Assembly: GCF_036321535.1 (NCBI RefSeq)
Contig: NC_087436.1
Span: forward strand, 67,272,001-67,336,000
Length of the DNA: 64,000 nucleotides
Direction: 5' to 3'
Origin: Camelus dromedarius
Taxonomy: Eukaryota
The notes beneath the pieces are model-generated. The model was not told the DNA's origin and did not search any database. It saw only the letters and a list, made by a program, of their open reading frames with translations. Within the stretch, counting starts at the first letter, position 1. Every line of letters begins with the position of its first letter. Of the stretch, positions 40,321-52,191 are shown piece by piece. Made by a program: the position numbers and the translations under genes.

Positions 40321-42445
40321 TTGTTTATTTAGTTATGAGATGCATTTTCAAATATATGAACTATAGTCTTCATCATAAAGGTAAAATATGTACGATTAGC
40401 TCTCAAACAATTTTGTCAGGAAATTTACCTGTATATTTGCCTTGTAATTTCCAAATACATGAAAAAAAAAAATTTCAACCTGACTTCCCTCTAGGAACTG
40501 CTTTTATGGTTATTTCTCCTTTTCACTCCTTCAATCCTTGCTGAAAGTCTGCAAACCATAATAAATCTAAGTGCTAAGGAAGGAAAGCAGAATGAGTTGA
40601 AGGCATCAGGAGTCATGGGTATTCTTAGATTTTGAGTATATCTAAATAAACCAAGTTAATAAACTAAATTATAATTTACAAGTAAATAAATATATCTAAG
40701 TAAAATATATTTTTGTTCACAATATTTTATACAATTTTAAGACAAGTAACACATAGTGATTTTTTTTCTTGGAAAAAGTCATGGGTAAAGAAATTTTGAG
40801 GACCATGACTTTATAACCTTTAGTTGGACTGAAATTTAGTACTGAATTCTATGAGAAAATATTTCCTGTGTATTAAAACCTCCCTATGTATAGAGTGACA
40901 AATATATTTCTAACTCACAGCATAATTCATTCACTGGTTAAGAGGAAGTTCAGTCAGTAGTTAAATAGCTCTCATTGACTTAACAGCAATTCTGGAGTTA
41001 TGTTTAGAATTTATGGCACTGTTGGCATTCCTCCTAATATAGCTCAATAACAACACATACCAAAACAAACTTCCATTTTCATTGCAATTATTGACCAAAA
41101 CATATTTTTGGAAGTTGCCATTCTATTTCCTAAGTGTTTATTTTCCACTTACAAATTTTGACTAATGTCATTCATAATTGCTAAGCTGTTTATAATTCTT
41201 TAATATTTGTTAATGTGTAGCAGTGACCACTCAGTCTGTCATGGGAAATCTTTACATTTTACAAAAATAAAGTTCAAGATAACCTCAGGTTGTGCTTCTT
41301 AAACTTGGAGATGCAGCGTTTTTTTAGGGAGTGTCCAAAGCCAAAGGATAAAAATGATGCATCTATCTGGAGTCCTGATTTACTCTGTGATTCCGTTTAA
41401 AATATTTGAGCTTGCATTCTCTTAAAAATAATCACAAGAATGTACAAGTGAAATACAATATGTCAGATAATCTTATGTTTATGTGGACATAATGTAATTT
41501 TTTAAAAAAATGTACAAGACTCAAGTGATTGAAAATTTATATGTGTGTGGGGTGGTGTATGTGTGTGGGGTGTGTTTATGTGTGTATGGTGTTGTTATTT
41601 GAAAATTCAAGATCTAGTTATCTAACTACAGAAATATATTTGAAGTGAGGAGAAATTAATTGGCAAGTCTCAAGGAAAAGTTATTCTGTTTTCATTGGTG
41701 TCCTTAACTGTTCACTCTTTGTCAAAACAGTCATCGCATCACGTTATGAACTTTAATATGTCAGATATCAAGTTTAAACAACCCATTGAGTAAATTTGTT
41801 TAAACTCTTTTTGAACTATATAATTCGATGAGAGCAAGTAGTCTAGCCATTTTATTGGTCTCAATTATTTCAGTATTTGGAATAATACCTGTGAAGACAA
41901 GTAAATATCATAGTTTTTAACATCAAATTAACTGATGAGAATACTTTCAACCAGGTGTTGCAATTTTGTTTATTTATTTTTCTTTGAATGCAAACTATTT
42001 TCCAGGTAGTATGTCTTCTATAACCAGGTCACAAAAAAAGAAGGAAGAGTGTTAGTTTCTTTGAAATCTAAAAATGATAAAAAAAAAAAAAAATCTGTAG
42101 TTAAATTCATTCCACTAGCAGTTAGCTTTTCTTTTTGGAAAAAATCTTTTTGGAACTATTTCCTTAAGAGCACAAGCTGTGAATGAAAGGCCCTTTGACC
42201 TCACAGCAAGAAAACACACTTTTTGAGATTTCCATCAAGAGGAACTTAAAGTGTGCCCCATGCCAACTCTTTGGCATCACTCTGTGCATCTTCTGTTAGA
42301 AATTCTCTAGATATGGATAAAAAAATAGTAAGAAAAATATTTATCATTTGTGTCTACTTACTTAGAGAGTCTGTAATATTTCTGAAATATTATGATACCA
42401 ATATTATGAAGTTTCCCTGTTGTTGAACCTGACAGAGTATTCATT

Positions 42446-43426
42446 TTTTTCCTCTACTACATTTATTTTTTATTGAATTATAGTCAGTTTACAATGTTGT
42501 GTCAATTTCCAGTGTAGAACACAATTTTTCAGTTATACATGGACATACATATATTCATTGCTGCATTCTTTTTCGCTGTGGGCTACCACAAGATCTTGTA
42601 TATATTTCCCTGTGCTATACAGTATAATCTTGTTTATCTATTCTACATATGCCTGTCAGTATCTACAAATTTCAAACTCCCAGTCTGTCCCTTGCCACCC
42701 CTTTTCCCCCTGGAAACCACAAGTTTGTATTCTATGTCTATGAGTCTGTTTCTGTTTTGTATTTCTGTTCTTTTTTTTTTTTTTTTTTAGATTCCACATA
42801 TAAGCGATCTCATATGGTATTTTTCTTTCTCTTTCTGGCTTACTTAGAATGACATTCTCCAGAGACATCCATGTTGCTGCAAATGGTGTTATGTTGTCCT
42901 TTTTTATGGCTGAATAGTATCCCATTGTATAAATATACCACACCTTCTTTATCCAGTCATCTGTTGGTGGACATTTAGGCTGTTTCCACGTCTTGGCTAT
43001 TGTAAATAGTGCTGCTATGAACTTTGGGGTGCAGGTGTCTTTTTGAAGTAGGGTTTCTTATGGATATATGCCCAAGAGCAGGATTACTGGGTCATATGGT
43101 AAATCTATTCCTAGTCTTTTGAGGAATCTCCATACTGTTTTCCACAGTGGCTGCACCAAACTGCATTCCCACCAGCAGTGCAGGAGGGTTCCCTCTTCTC
43201 CACAGCCTCTCCAGCATTTGTCATTTGTGGACTTTTGAATGATGGCCATACTGACTGGTGTGAGGTGATACCTCATTGTAGTTTTGATTTGCATTTCTCT
43301 GATAATTAGTGATATTGAGTATTCTGTCCAATCCAAAAATGGATTGACCTAAACAAGCAATTCTCCAAGGAAGAAATACAAATGATCAATAGGCACATGA
43401 AAAAATGCTCAGTATCACTAATTATC
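42446..43426 (-). mobile_element. Young L1 with 5' inversion (twin priming), ~1 kb
   Basis: Minus-strand ORF2 C-terminus ([17 protein letters not shown]...CWRGCGE; MWYIYTMGYYSAIK) to ~43320, then plus-strand L1 ~43346-43426. TSD acagag(t/c)attcatt at 42432-42445 and 43427-43440. Confidence 0.95.
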
Positions 43427-43786
43427 ACAGAGCATTCATTCTTAATTGAATCAAGCATCTAAAATTTGTAAACATAACACAGTAGCATTACATTTAAGCC
43501 TTAACAAAATGAGACAGTAATTTTAAATATGTTTGGTTAGGTTATGCTATATATTATATTATCAGAGTTAATAGGATGAAAAGTTTGCGTTATTTTTAAG
43601 AGAAAAAGAGGAACTCTTTTAGGGTATTTCTCCAGAGTCCTAAAGAGTGTTGCTCCATCTACTCTCCATGTAGTGATCTCTCATGGAAATGTCTCTGAAA
43701 CTATATTTAGCATGGTTCACATTTTTATTTAGGAAAAAATGTTTCCTGTGGGGAAAACTTAACTCTGTGACATTGGATAGTATCTT

Positions 43787-44192
43787 TGAGGTAATTAACT
43801 TTTGTGTCAACTTGACTGGGCTACGGGATGCCCAGATAACCAATAAAACATGATTTCTGAGTATGTCAGTGAGGGTGCTTGGAACGGGATTAGCATTTGA
43901 ATTGGTGGACTGAGTAAAGAGATCTGCCCTCACCAATGTCAGCTCGTATCATCCAACCTCTTAAGAGTTTGACTGGAACAAAAAAGGGGATGAAGGGTGG
44001 ATTACCTTTTTTCTTCTACAGCTGTAATGTCCGTCTTTTCCTGCCTTTGGACATTGGAGTTCCTGGCTCTTAAACTTTAGATTCAGACTGAATCACACTA
44101 CTGGCTTTTCTAGTTCTCCAGCTTGCATGAGCTAATTCTTATAATAAATTTTTGTATTGGTTCTGTTTCTCTGTGAAACCCTGACTGATAAA
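43787..44192 (+). mobile_element. ERVL solo LTR (MLT2-like)
   Basis: Start tgaggtaattaacttttgtgtcaacttgactgggcta. End attggttctgtttctctgtgaaaccctgactgata. Confidence 0.85.
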
Positions 44193-45799
44193 ATTTCTTT
44201 TCTCCCACACTTTCACCATTCATTAGGGTCTGTGAGGCTTATTCTGGAAAGTAAGGAATTATGTAATTCTAGAGCTCATGCACTTTTTATTCTTTAGGAA
44301 TAAAGTTAATCAGGGATGCTGTTAGAGAGAATATTCATATTTTGGCTTAGATTTTTTTTTCTCAAAGCAGTTGAATTATCTGTATTATCACTTAAGTTAT
44401 TAAATATAAATGGCCAATTATGTATTAGTAGCAACTGTTAGTCTTGTAATCATCAAAGGAACTTCTGCTATTATAGGTAAAATCTTCGGAAGTTATCACA
44501 GACTTGATAGCATATTAGCTAAGCATGGGGGTAAAAAGACAACTGAGGAATAATATTCATGCCACCAGCATATGTTAGGGTCAACTTTCTCTCATTGTCT
44601 GTTTCTCTTACTGTCTCAGGAGTAGCAAGCCCAGGATTAAAAATTTAAAACTATTTTATGATCTAGATGATTCTGAACTTCTGTCATAAGGATTTAATAG
44701 ATACAATGGTAGATTTATTATGCTTTACTCTGTGGTAATGATAGTTTAGACTACAAATACTATCTTAAAGCTGAAAAATACTTTTTAAAAGACTAACTAA
44801 AGGATGGAAAATAAGAGGAATTGCTTGTCAATAATGTTTATAATTGAATCCAAATTATTAAAAGTTGCTTTAGTAATCAACACTTTATTTCCTAGAATAA
44901 TAATGAGAAAAAAAGCTTTGATTTTATTATACAGTTTTTAAACTTTATAATCAGAATAGGTTTAGAGTGGCATAGTTTTTTAACATCCAAAGACTCTTAG
45001 TTAAACAAACATTGAAAGTAAACTTTAAAGAATATGAATATAAAGAAAACTGCAGACATCCAAGGATATTGCATTTTGATTTTTCTTACCTCCATTGTTA
45101 GTGAAAATAAAACTGAACCCTGGTCTGAGAAGCAGGCAAGGAAGAAATTACAAGAGGAATCAAAGGAAAATTACTCCACCTTCCAAACGTAGCCACTCAC
45201 CAAGAAATACAGTTCTCTCCTTGTTTTATGTGGTACCAGAATTTTGCAGAAAGTTCCCTACTTAGGTAGAGCTTGTCCTAGTGATTTTCACAAGAAACAG
45301 CATTTTAGACAAATGTTTCTCATTGTTCCTCTGAAATTTGGAAGATCACAAAATAATGGTCACTTTTGGAAGAAAGTATTTTTATCTTGGTTTATAGACA
45401 TTTTCTGATTGTTTTTGTTTTAAATGAATGGAGCCCTGCACCTAAGATTTATAGAGTCTAAAGATAGTGGGCGTACTGTCAAATTAATCTGTGTGATTTA
45501 TTACAAATCTGAGGATGCCCCCTGATCATGCAGGGTCTGCGAGCATGGTCCTAATGGTTAATGTGACACTACTTGATCCACTGAACTTCCACCCTTAGGG
45601 CTTTAAAATCAATTTGTGGAACTCTTGAGGACACCATTAACTCCAACCAGCACTGCAGTACTTGCTTTTGGCTTTTATCTTCAGCTGCCTTTTTTCAAAA
45701 TAGCCACACAAATAATGATGTCTCATGAAAACAGCTGATTAATAAATAGGTTATCTGGGCTTTAGTCAAAGAGAATATTTTAAAAGAATATATTAGATC

Positions 45800-46155
45800 T
45801 TAATTATTGTTCAATGGGTAAAGTTACAATTATACAAGATGAGTAAGTTCCAGAGATCACCTGTACAACATAGTGCATATAGTTAACAATAAGGTATTGT
45901 GTACTTAAAAATTTCTTAAGAAGTCAAATTTCATGTTAAATGTTCTTGCCATGCACATAAACACCCCAAATCCCACCACCTGTCAGAAAAAAAGAAAGTT
46001 CTCAGAGACACAAGGTTTTAAAGTTGATATATTTGTTTATTATCTTGTTTGTGATGATGGTATCACAGGTGTATGCATTTATCTATTCTTACCAAATTGT
46101 ATGCATTGGTTTTGTGCAGTATTTTTGTACACCAATTATACCTCAGTATAGCTGA
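45800..46155 (+). mobile_element. L1MA/MB-type 3' end
   Basis: gatgagtaagttccagagatcacctgtacaacatagtgcatatagttaacaataag...tatcttgtttgtgatgatggtatcacaggtgta...caattatacctcagtatagctg. Confidence 0.8.
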
Positions 46156-46204
46156 GGGAGAGAGAAACTATTTATAGCAAACATGCAACTTTATTGCTTT
46201 TTCA

Positions 46205-46270
46205 GAAAAAAAAAGTAGGAAGAGGAAAAGAAAGGAGGAGGAGGAGAAAGAGGAAAAGGAGGAAAAGAAA
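46205..46270. repeat. Polypurine (GA-rich) low-complexity tract
   Basis: gaaaaaaaaagtaggaagaggaaaagaaaggaggaggaggagaaagaggaaaaggaggaaaagaaa. Confidence 0.85.
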
Positions 46271-46418
46271 ATACTTACTATTTAGGGTCAAAGAAACTGA
46301 ACATTCATAAAACCAAACAAATTATTGGGAGTCAAATCCGAGCCAACTGAAACTGTAAAACCAGTTATTTAGTATCAGATGGATCATAAAAAAATGTATT
46401 GGGTTGAATTTTTACAGA

Positions 46419-46680
46419 TGTCAATGACCAAAGACCACCAAGAACATACCTGTAGTTGAACAAGTTGGGCTTATTACTCATTGCAGTGGGAGAGAAGGAA
46501 CATCATGGGGAATTGTGAGGCATCTCAGCAAGAGGGCATTCAAAATAACTTGTTATAGGATTTGGGCTTGTGTTACCAAGATTTGGGGGAGGATTTAAGG
46601 AAGCAAGGCTTTGCTTTGTATTGGATGTTGCCAGGAGTGGGAGCAATTCTGATTTGGGTATCTTAATAAATCATATCATT
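46419..46680 (-). mobile_element. LTR fragment (MER76-like, family uncertain)
   Basis: tgtcaatgaccaaagaccacc...tgtagttgaacaagttgggcttattactcattgcag resembles an antisense LTR U5/R with a degenerate poly(A) signal. Confidence 0.5.
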
Positions 46681-46689
46681 CTTCAGTGG

Positions 46690-46890
46690 CGCAAGAATGA
46701 CTTTCAAGTGAATGAGTCCTGAAATTTTAGCTCTGCCATTTATGAAATTTTAGCTCTAAAAATAATTTCACTCACTATACTTCATTTCCTGGCCTAAGAG
46801 ATGACAACTTTAACATTTATCTTATTGATTTTTTAAAGAAATACGTGAAATAATGTATGTACTATGTCTGACACATGGCACTTTTTCATA
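46690..46890 (+). mobile_element. MIR remnant
   Basis: gtcctgaaattttagctctgccattta...gtgaaataatgtatgtactatgtctgacacatggcac. Contains a 15-bp duplication tgaaattttagctct (46720-46734, 46743-46757). Confidence 0.45.
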
Positions 46891-47849
46891 ATAGCTATTA
46901 TTTTACTAATAAGTACTTTAAAATTAGCTATTTTATAAAGTAAGAGTAGTATAGGAAAAAAGATGGAGGGTAAGGTTGTGTTTTCTGTTTCTTGATGTGT
47001 AGAGATGACTCTTTTCCATGCACAGTGACCCTGACTTGATTGAAAGGAGGAATATGTTCTCAGAGTTTCACTCAAAGCCACATTAAATAAATGATGGCCC
47101 AGCATGTTAGATTTAAGTTGTTTCATATTTCACCAGAATCAGAAATAGAATCATAGAAAGAGTAACTTGATAGATCTCATAGTGACTTTTAAGGTAAACA
47201 AATCATGTACATACATCAGCCTGGAAGAAATAATTCAGTAACAGGGCTTTAAGTGTATAATATTAATGATACATTTTCCACTTTAGTAGTAGAGTGGGAG
47301 AAGAACAAATACATAGTTATTTATTTCTTGGCTTTAAATTAAAATCTAGAAAAACAATTGGAAACACGATATAAACAAAACAATTCTCCCTTCCTCTGTT
47401 TTTTATTTTTAGTATGCATTCACTTATTCATGCATGCATTCTACAAATATATTTAAATATATATTATGTAAAAGGAAACAATCTAGGAGTTTTATTTGAA
47501 CAAACAGGTGAGACCCTCTTAGAGCTTACATTTAGCAGCCTCAAACCTTTCTTGGCAATGTTGAAGGAGCAATTTTAGCCATTGTGGCTGATCCTAGTCA
47601 CAAACTGAAAAAGAATGGAATATAGAAAAAAATCACAAAGATACAGTTTTTATTTTATATGCTCTTTTTTTAAACTATTTATTTTTTTTTAAATTACCAG
47701 CTTAATCACTTTGGGCTTTCTCTTTCTCTGTTATCATAGGTATGTATCACACAGAGTTGTAGATATAGACCATCAACACCAGCTGCATCTATTTAAACTT
47801 GTTATCAAAAGTTAACATCATTTTAAACACCTATAAGGGGTACATGAAT

Positions 47850-48465
47850 TTGAAAAGTCTTTAAGGGAGGACAATTTCATAGAACACCATCTTAGATAAG
47901 GCCTTTGTCTATTGTGTGTATTACTACAACAGTCTACCAACCAGTATCCCTAGCACTTACTGGGTATATCCCCTTCCAATCAGTTATTTAGTGAAAAAAA
48001 ATCCAATATTACTGGAGCAGTCATGATTATGTCATCTTGCATGAAATCCTACATGAGCTTCCTTGAATCTTCTGAATAAATTATCCACTTCTGCCCTTTG
48101 CTTATGCCTTGTCATTTTGCTTTCTTGCTCCCTATGTTCCAACCTGATTCATTTACTTGGGATCCTAGATCAAGTTTTGTTGGATTACCCTTATCTGAGC
48201 CTCAGCACTTAATGTTTAGTCTGACTAAATCAATTAGTGCATCACCTCTGTGCCACAGGCAATGTTACGGGCTTTCCTGACCTTCCCATTTTATCCCTCT
48301 CTCTAGTAACTACTTAACATACTTACATGTGTTTTTTGTTCCTATATCTTTTTTCCTTCACCATGTGAGTTACCTGAGGGCAATTTGTTTTTCCAGTGCC
48401 TAGATCATTCCTTGGAATATGTAGATGCAAAATATATATTTGTTTAATGAATGAATGAATGAATT
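47850..48465 (+). mobile_element. L2 3' remnant
   Basis: ttactacaacagtctaccaacc...tccagtgcctag...aatatatatttgtttaatgaatgaatgaatgaat, the L2 (ATGA)n tail. Confidence 0.7.
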
Positions 48466-48502
48466 TGTTGAAGTACCACTGTACATAGTACCTAACACTC
48501 TA

Positions 48503-49563
48503 CAGGTCCATAATCCTTTATATGAAACCCAAAGAACCAGAAGTGTTTCAGAATTCAAAACTGTTTAGACAGGTGTCTGCTCAGAAAAGTAAAATGATAC
48601 ATATTATCTAACAATCTAGTCGATTTGGGGACAGTAGTAAGTAATGAAATAGGTTAATGTTTTTGGATGAACACATAGGAATAATCCTACTAAATGGAGT
48701 AAATAAATACTCATAAATAACCTCATACCAAAGAGGAATAAGTAAATACTAGTAAACAGATATGATGCAGGAAAAACAGATGTGGGGCATGAGAAGGGCT
48801 GTGTCCCAGGCTTCGGTTGAGCCCCTGGGATCTGCCCCACTAGGTGTGGGTCCTTGGCTTTGCGCAGGAAAGAATTCAAGAGTGAGCCACAGTTGAGTAA
48901 AGGTAAATTTATTTAGAGAGATACTTGAAAGGCAAGAAAAAGGCCAGGAGGTGTGGGGGTTTGGTGCTCAGATTAGAGTAAAAGTAGGTACATACTCCAT
49001 AGACAGAATGTGGCCCATCTCTGAAGGTGGAGAGAGAGAGAGGGCGGCAGCCACAAGGTGCCATGTTGCCAGTTTTTATGGGCTCAGTGGCTTCATATGG
49101 TAATAAGTGGAAGGACCAGTCTAAGTAGCCTGGGGAAGGGGCTGGGATTCCCAGGAAGTTGGCCACTTCCCACTCTTTGACCTATTGTGGCTAGCCTTGG
49201 GACTGTCATGGTGCCTGTGGGCGTGTTATTTACCATACTATTATATTCTAATGGGTGTATAATAAAGCTCAAGTTCTGCTAGAAGTCAAATCTCCCAAGT
49301 CTTGAGCCTCAAGGCACGTAGAGGGTTGAATCTTTAGCCATCCTAATGTTAATTATTGTGTTATTCCTTGAATGGCTGTGCCCTGCCCTCTTCCTGTCTC
49401 AGATACATTCAGTTGAAGTCAGATTTTACTCTCAGGAGTTTATATTAAATCAATTTGGCTGTCAAATGAGCTACCAAATTAAAAAATAAATAAATCCAAA
49501 CAAAGTCTTTGATTTCTAGGCCTTTCTGGATTTTAGAATTACAGACTAGGAATAGTGGGTCTT
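48503..49563. mobile_element. TcMar-Tigger non-autonomous DNA transposon (MER46C-like), split by an ERV1 LTR
   Basis: TA|caggtccataatccttta... and ...taggaatagtgggtctt|TA form degenerate terminal inverted repeats with TA flanks. Confidence 0.7.
48763..49401 (-). mobile_element. ERV1-class solo LTR (639 bp; MER41/MER4-group-like)
   Basis: TG...CA termini with imperfect inverted ends (tgatgcagg / cctgtctca). Perfect 4-bp TSD gata (48759-48762, 49402-49405). Minus-strand AATAAA near 48910 followed by ctcttgaattctttcctgcgcaaagccaagga. Confidence 0.92.
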
Positions 49564-52109
49564 TATGAGTGTATGCATTTTGCTACCACCTCGTAAATAT
49601 TGGCTTTTGTATGTTTTAAATATATTCACAATCTAGATAAAAACGTGTCTCAAAGCTTCAGACTTTGTATATTTTGCTCACTAAGAGATATATTTTTCTT
49701 ATGACTCACAAGACTACCTGAATTTATTCTTTTCCTGGTTATCTAGTGGTACATTTACATTTTTCTTCAAAATTAAAATAAGTTTCTGTATATGGTAGAA
49801 ATATTGACACTTTGCATATTTGACAAAAAATACTTTAAAGTGTTTTTCCTCATTTTATTGTTAATTTTATATAGACATTCAATAATTATTTTATCTCAAA
49901 ATGTCATTCCCTCAATGTTGTATGTCTGTGATATATATATATATATAAATATATACACACACACACATATATGTATACACATACACATAGGTTATTTTCC
50001 TTTTACTCTGTTGCCAATATGTCAAAACTCAGACCCTGAAATTTCTTTTAGAATAGATCCCAATTTTCTCCAATACATGTTACTTATAATTTCTCCCTTT
50101 CATTCATTTATTCAATCATTGGATAAAATGAAGTGTAATTTTTCAGACACACCAGTGCTTCTGATACATGCCACTCACTGGAGCAATTCCTCTTATGTAG
50201 TACATTCACAGAGCAACTCTTAAACAACTTTCTCCATACTTACTAAAGTTGAATTTAGTCACTAGAACCAATGTGGTTAACTTGTAGACAGGGCAGATTT
50301 TGTGTGTCTGTGATTTTTTCAAGTTACTTCACTGCCACTGTGACATGGTCTTGAAAATGTTCTACTATAAAGATATGAAATTTTTTATTAAAAAAAGATT
50401 ATAGTCCATGTTAAACCACTTCTCTAAGAGACTAGAGGAAAGAAATTAAACTGATTCTGCTTGACCCCAATATGTGGTTGCAGACCACCAGTCTAGTAGC
50501 TTGGCTTTGTACATACTGCAATTTGATATAGTAGTTGAAAAGTGGCCAGCTAACAGGGAATTGCAGTAATCAAGTTGTTGGGGGGAAAAATATCAACGTA
50601 CTGAACAGACTTTCAATCTTATTATAAGACCAACACAAGTAAAGACAGGCAATGGTCCCCTGCCAGCAGCAATGTGGAGAGGAGGATGGGGGGAAAAAGT
50701 GACTTCATAGCTCTAAAGTAAAAAATATAATGCAAAAAGGACTCTATGTGTCTACATGAATCCTAAAATCACAAAATTAAAATTTGCCGTTTCTGTCAAA
50801 TGTAAGATGAAATGATTTAATTATAAAGTCACTTAAACAGTTAATAAAATTTTATTCTTATTTGTGAGTTGAATTTTAAGAAATTTGATTATGTTACAAA
50901 GTTACATAAAACTCAGAAACGGTAGCATAGTGTCTGAATGTTTAAATATAAGTAAATGCTAATGAGTTACTTTATGTGGGTCAGTTACATAAACCTTTTC
51001 AAATATGAGTATCAAGAGTAGTTTGGATATTGGAAATTAAAACAAACCAGATTTGAGATCTTTCTTTCAATCAGCAGGGTACTTTGTTTCTAGTAGGAAA
51101 AAAAAAAAAAAAAAAGAGGAGGAATTAGGTGAAGGAAGATCAGAAGAAAGAGAAAAAGAAGAGAAAAGGAAAGAAGAATTATGCACAAAACAGTGTTGAC
51201 TGCTCTCCTGAGGGCAGCTAAGGCCTAAATCAATCTGAGGCTGCTCTTGAAATGCAGGCATACGTTTCCAAGCATTATATTAAAATTTCATGATCAATAA
51301 TGCTGAAAGCTGCAGAACATACAAGCCAAATAAGTGCTGACAATTCACCAGCATCTGAATTTAATAAAATGTCATCCTCCAGCCTCAGCAGTAGTGCCAG
51401 GAGGAGATAGCCGTCCTGATTAGAATCTGTCAAATGAATCTCCATTTGTCAGGTAATAATAAACTCAGGATAGTACCTTTTGTTCCAGGTTGCATTTACT
51501 CTCCAAAATACAGCAGTCAGTTCATATTCTAATAGAATTCTACTGTTTTCAACACCTAGTCAACAAATCAAAGGCCTTTTTTTTTTTTTTCCCTTGAGGG
51601 AAAAGTCCAATATTATTTACAGACTTTGATACTGTATGTAGATAACATCCAGACTTGAGGATTATCCTCTCTCCATTAAGGAGGTTTGGTTCCAGGGGAT
51701 CTGCTTATGTACTCACACACCACCCACCCTGTTTTCATGTGTGGTTTCATCGTCTTTGGAATTATTCTCATTACTTGTTAAGAACATGGAAAATGTCGCC
51801 TTCCATACTTACTGAAAAAGTCAATAAATACTATTTTATGTAAGATATTCTGCATAGAACCAGGCACTGAGGTTAATATTTAGAAAAATCATCACTTTTG
51901 GCTTACAAATCACTTCCATTCATTTGAAGGATAATTCATAATGCCAGGTTAAACCTGAGGAAACCTAGGAGATAACACATCTGAGTGGCCAGAAATATGA
52001 TTTCTGTTGTCCTTTTTGTTATTGAATAAATGGCTTGAGAAAGAATGAAAAAGAATGTGATGAGTTTTTTAAAAAATTTGCTTCACAAAAATGTGGTTAC
52101 TTTATTTTT

Positions 52110-52191
52110 TAATCTATTGTTAAATATTGCTATAATCTTGTAATTACTATTAATCTATTGGTAAATATTGCTATAGTCTTATAATTACTAT
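52110..52191. repeat. 41-bp tandem duplication
   Basis: taatctattg(t/g)taaatattgctata(a/g)tctt(g/a)taattactat x2, 3 mismatches. Confidence 0.92.

Noticed and set aside
42064..42097. A-run flanked by aaatct repeats as another poly(A)-only insertion
   Set aside because: The flanking match is only about 6 bp and A-rich, so it cannot be told from a simple homopolymer.
49584..49605. taccacctcgtaaatattggct matches mature miR-16 at 18 of 22 positions
   Set aside because: Three mismatches fall in the seed and no complementary 3p arm follows. Probably chance.
49792..50223. Longest ORF in the track (143 aa)
   Set aside because: It runs through a TA/CA microsatellite, has low-complexity composition and resembles no known protein.
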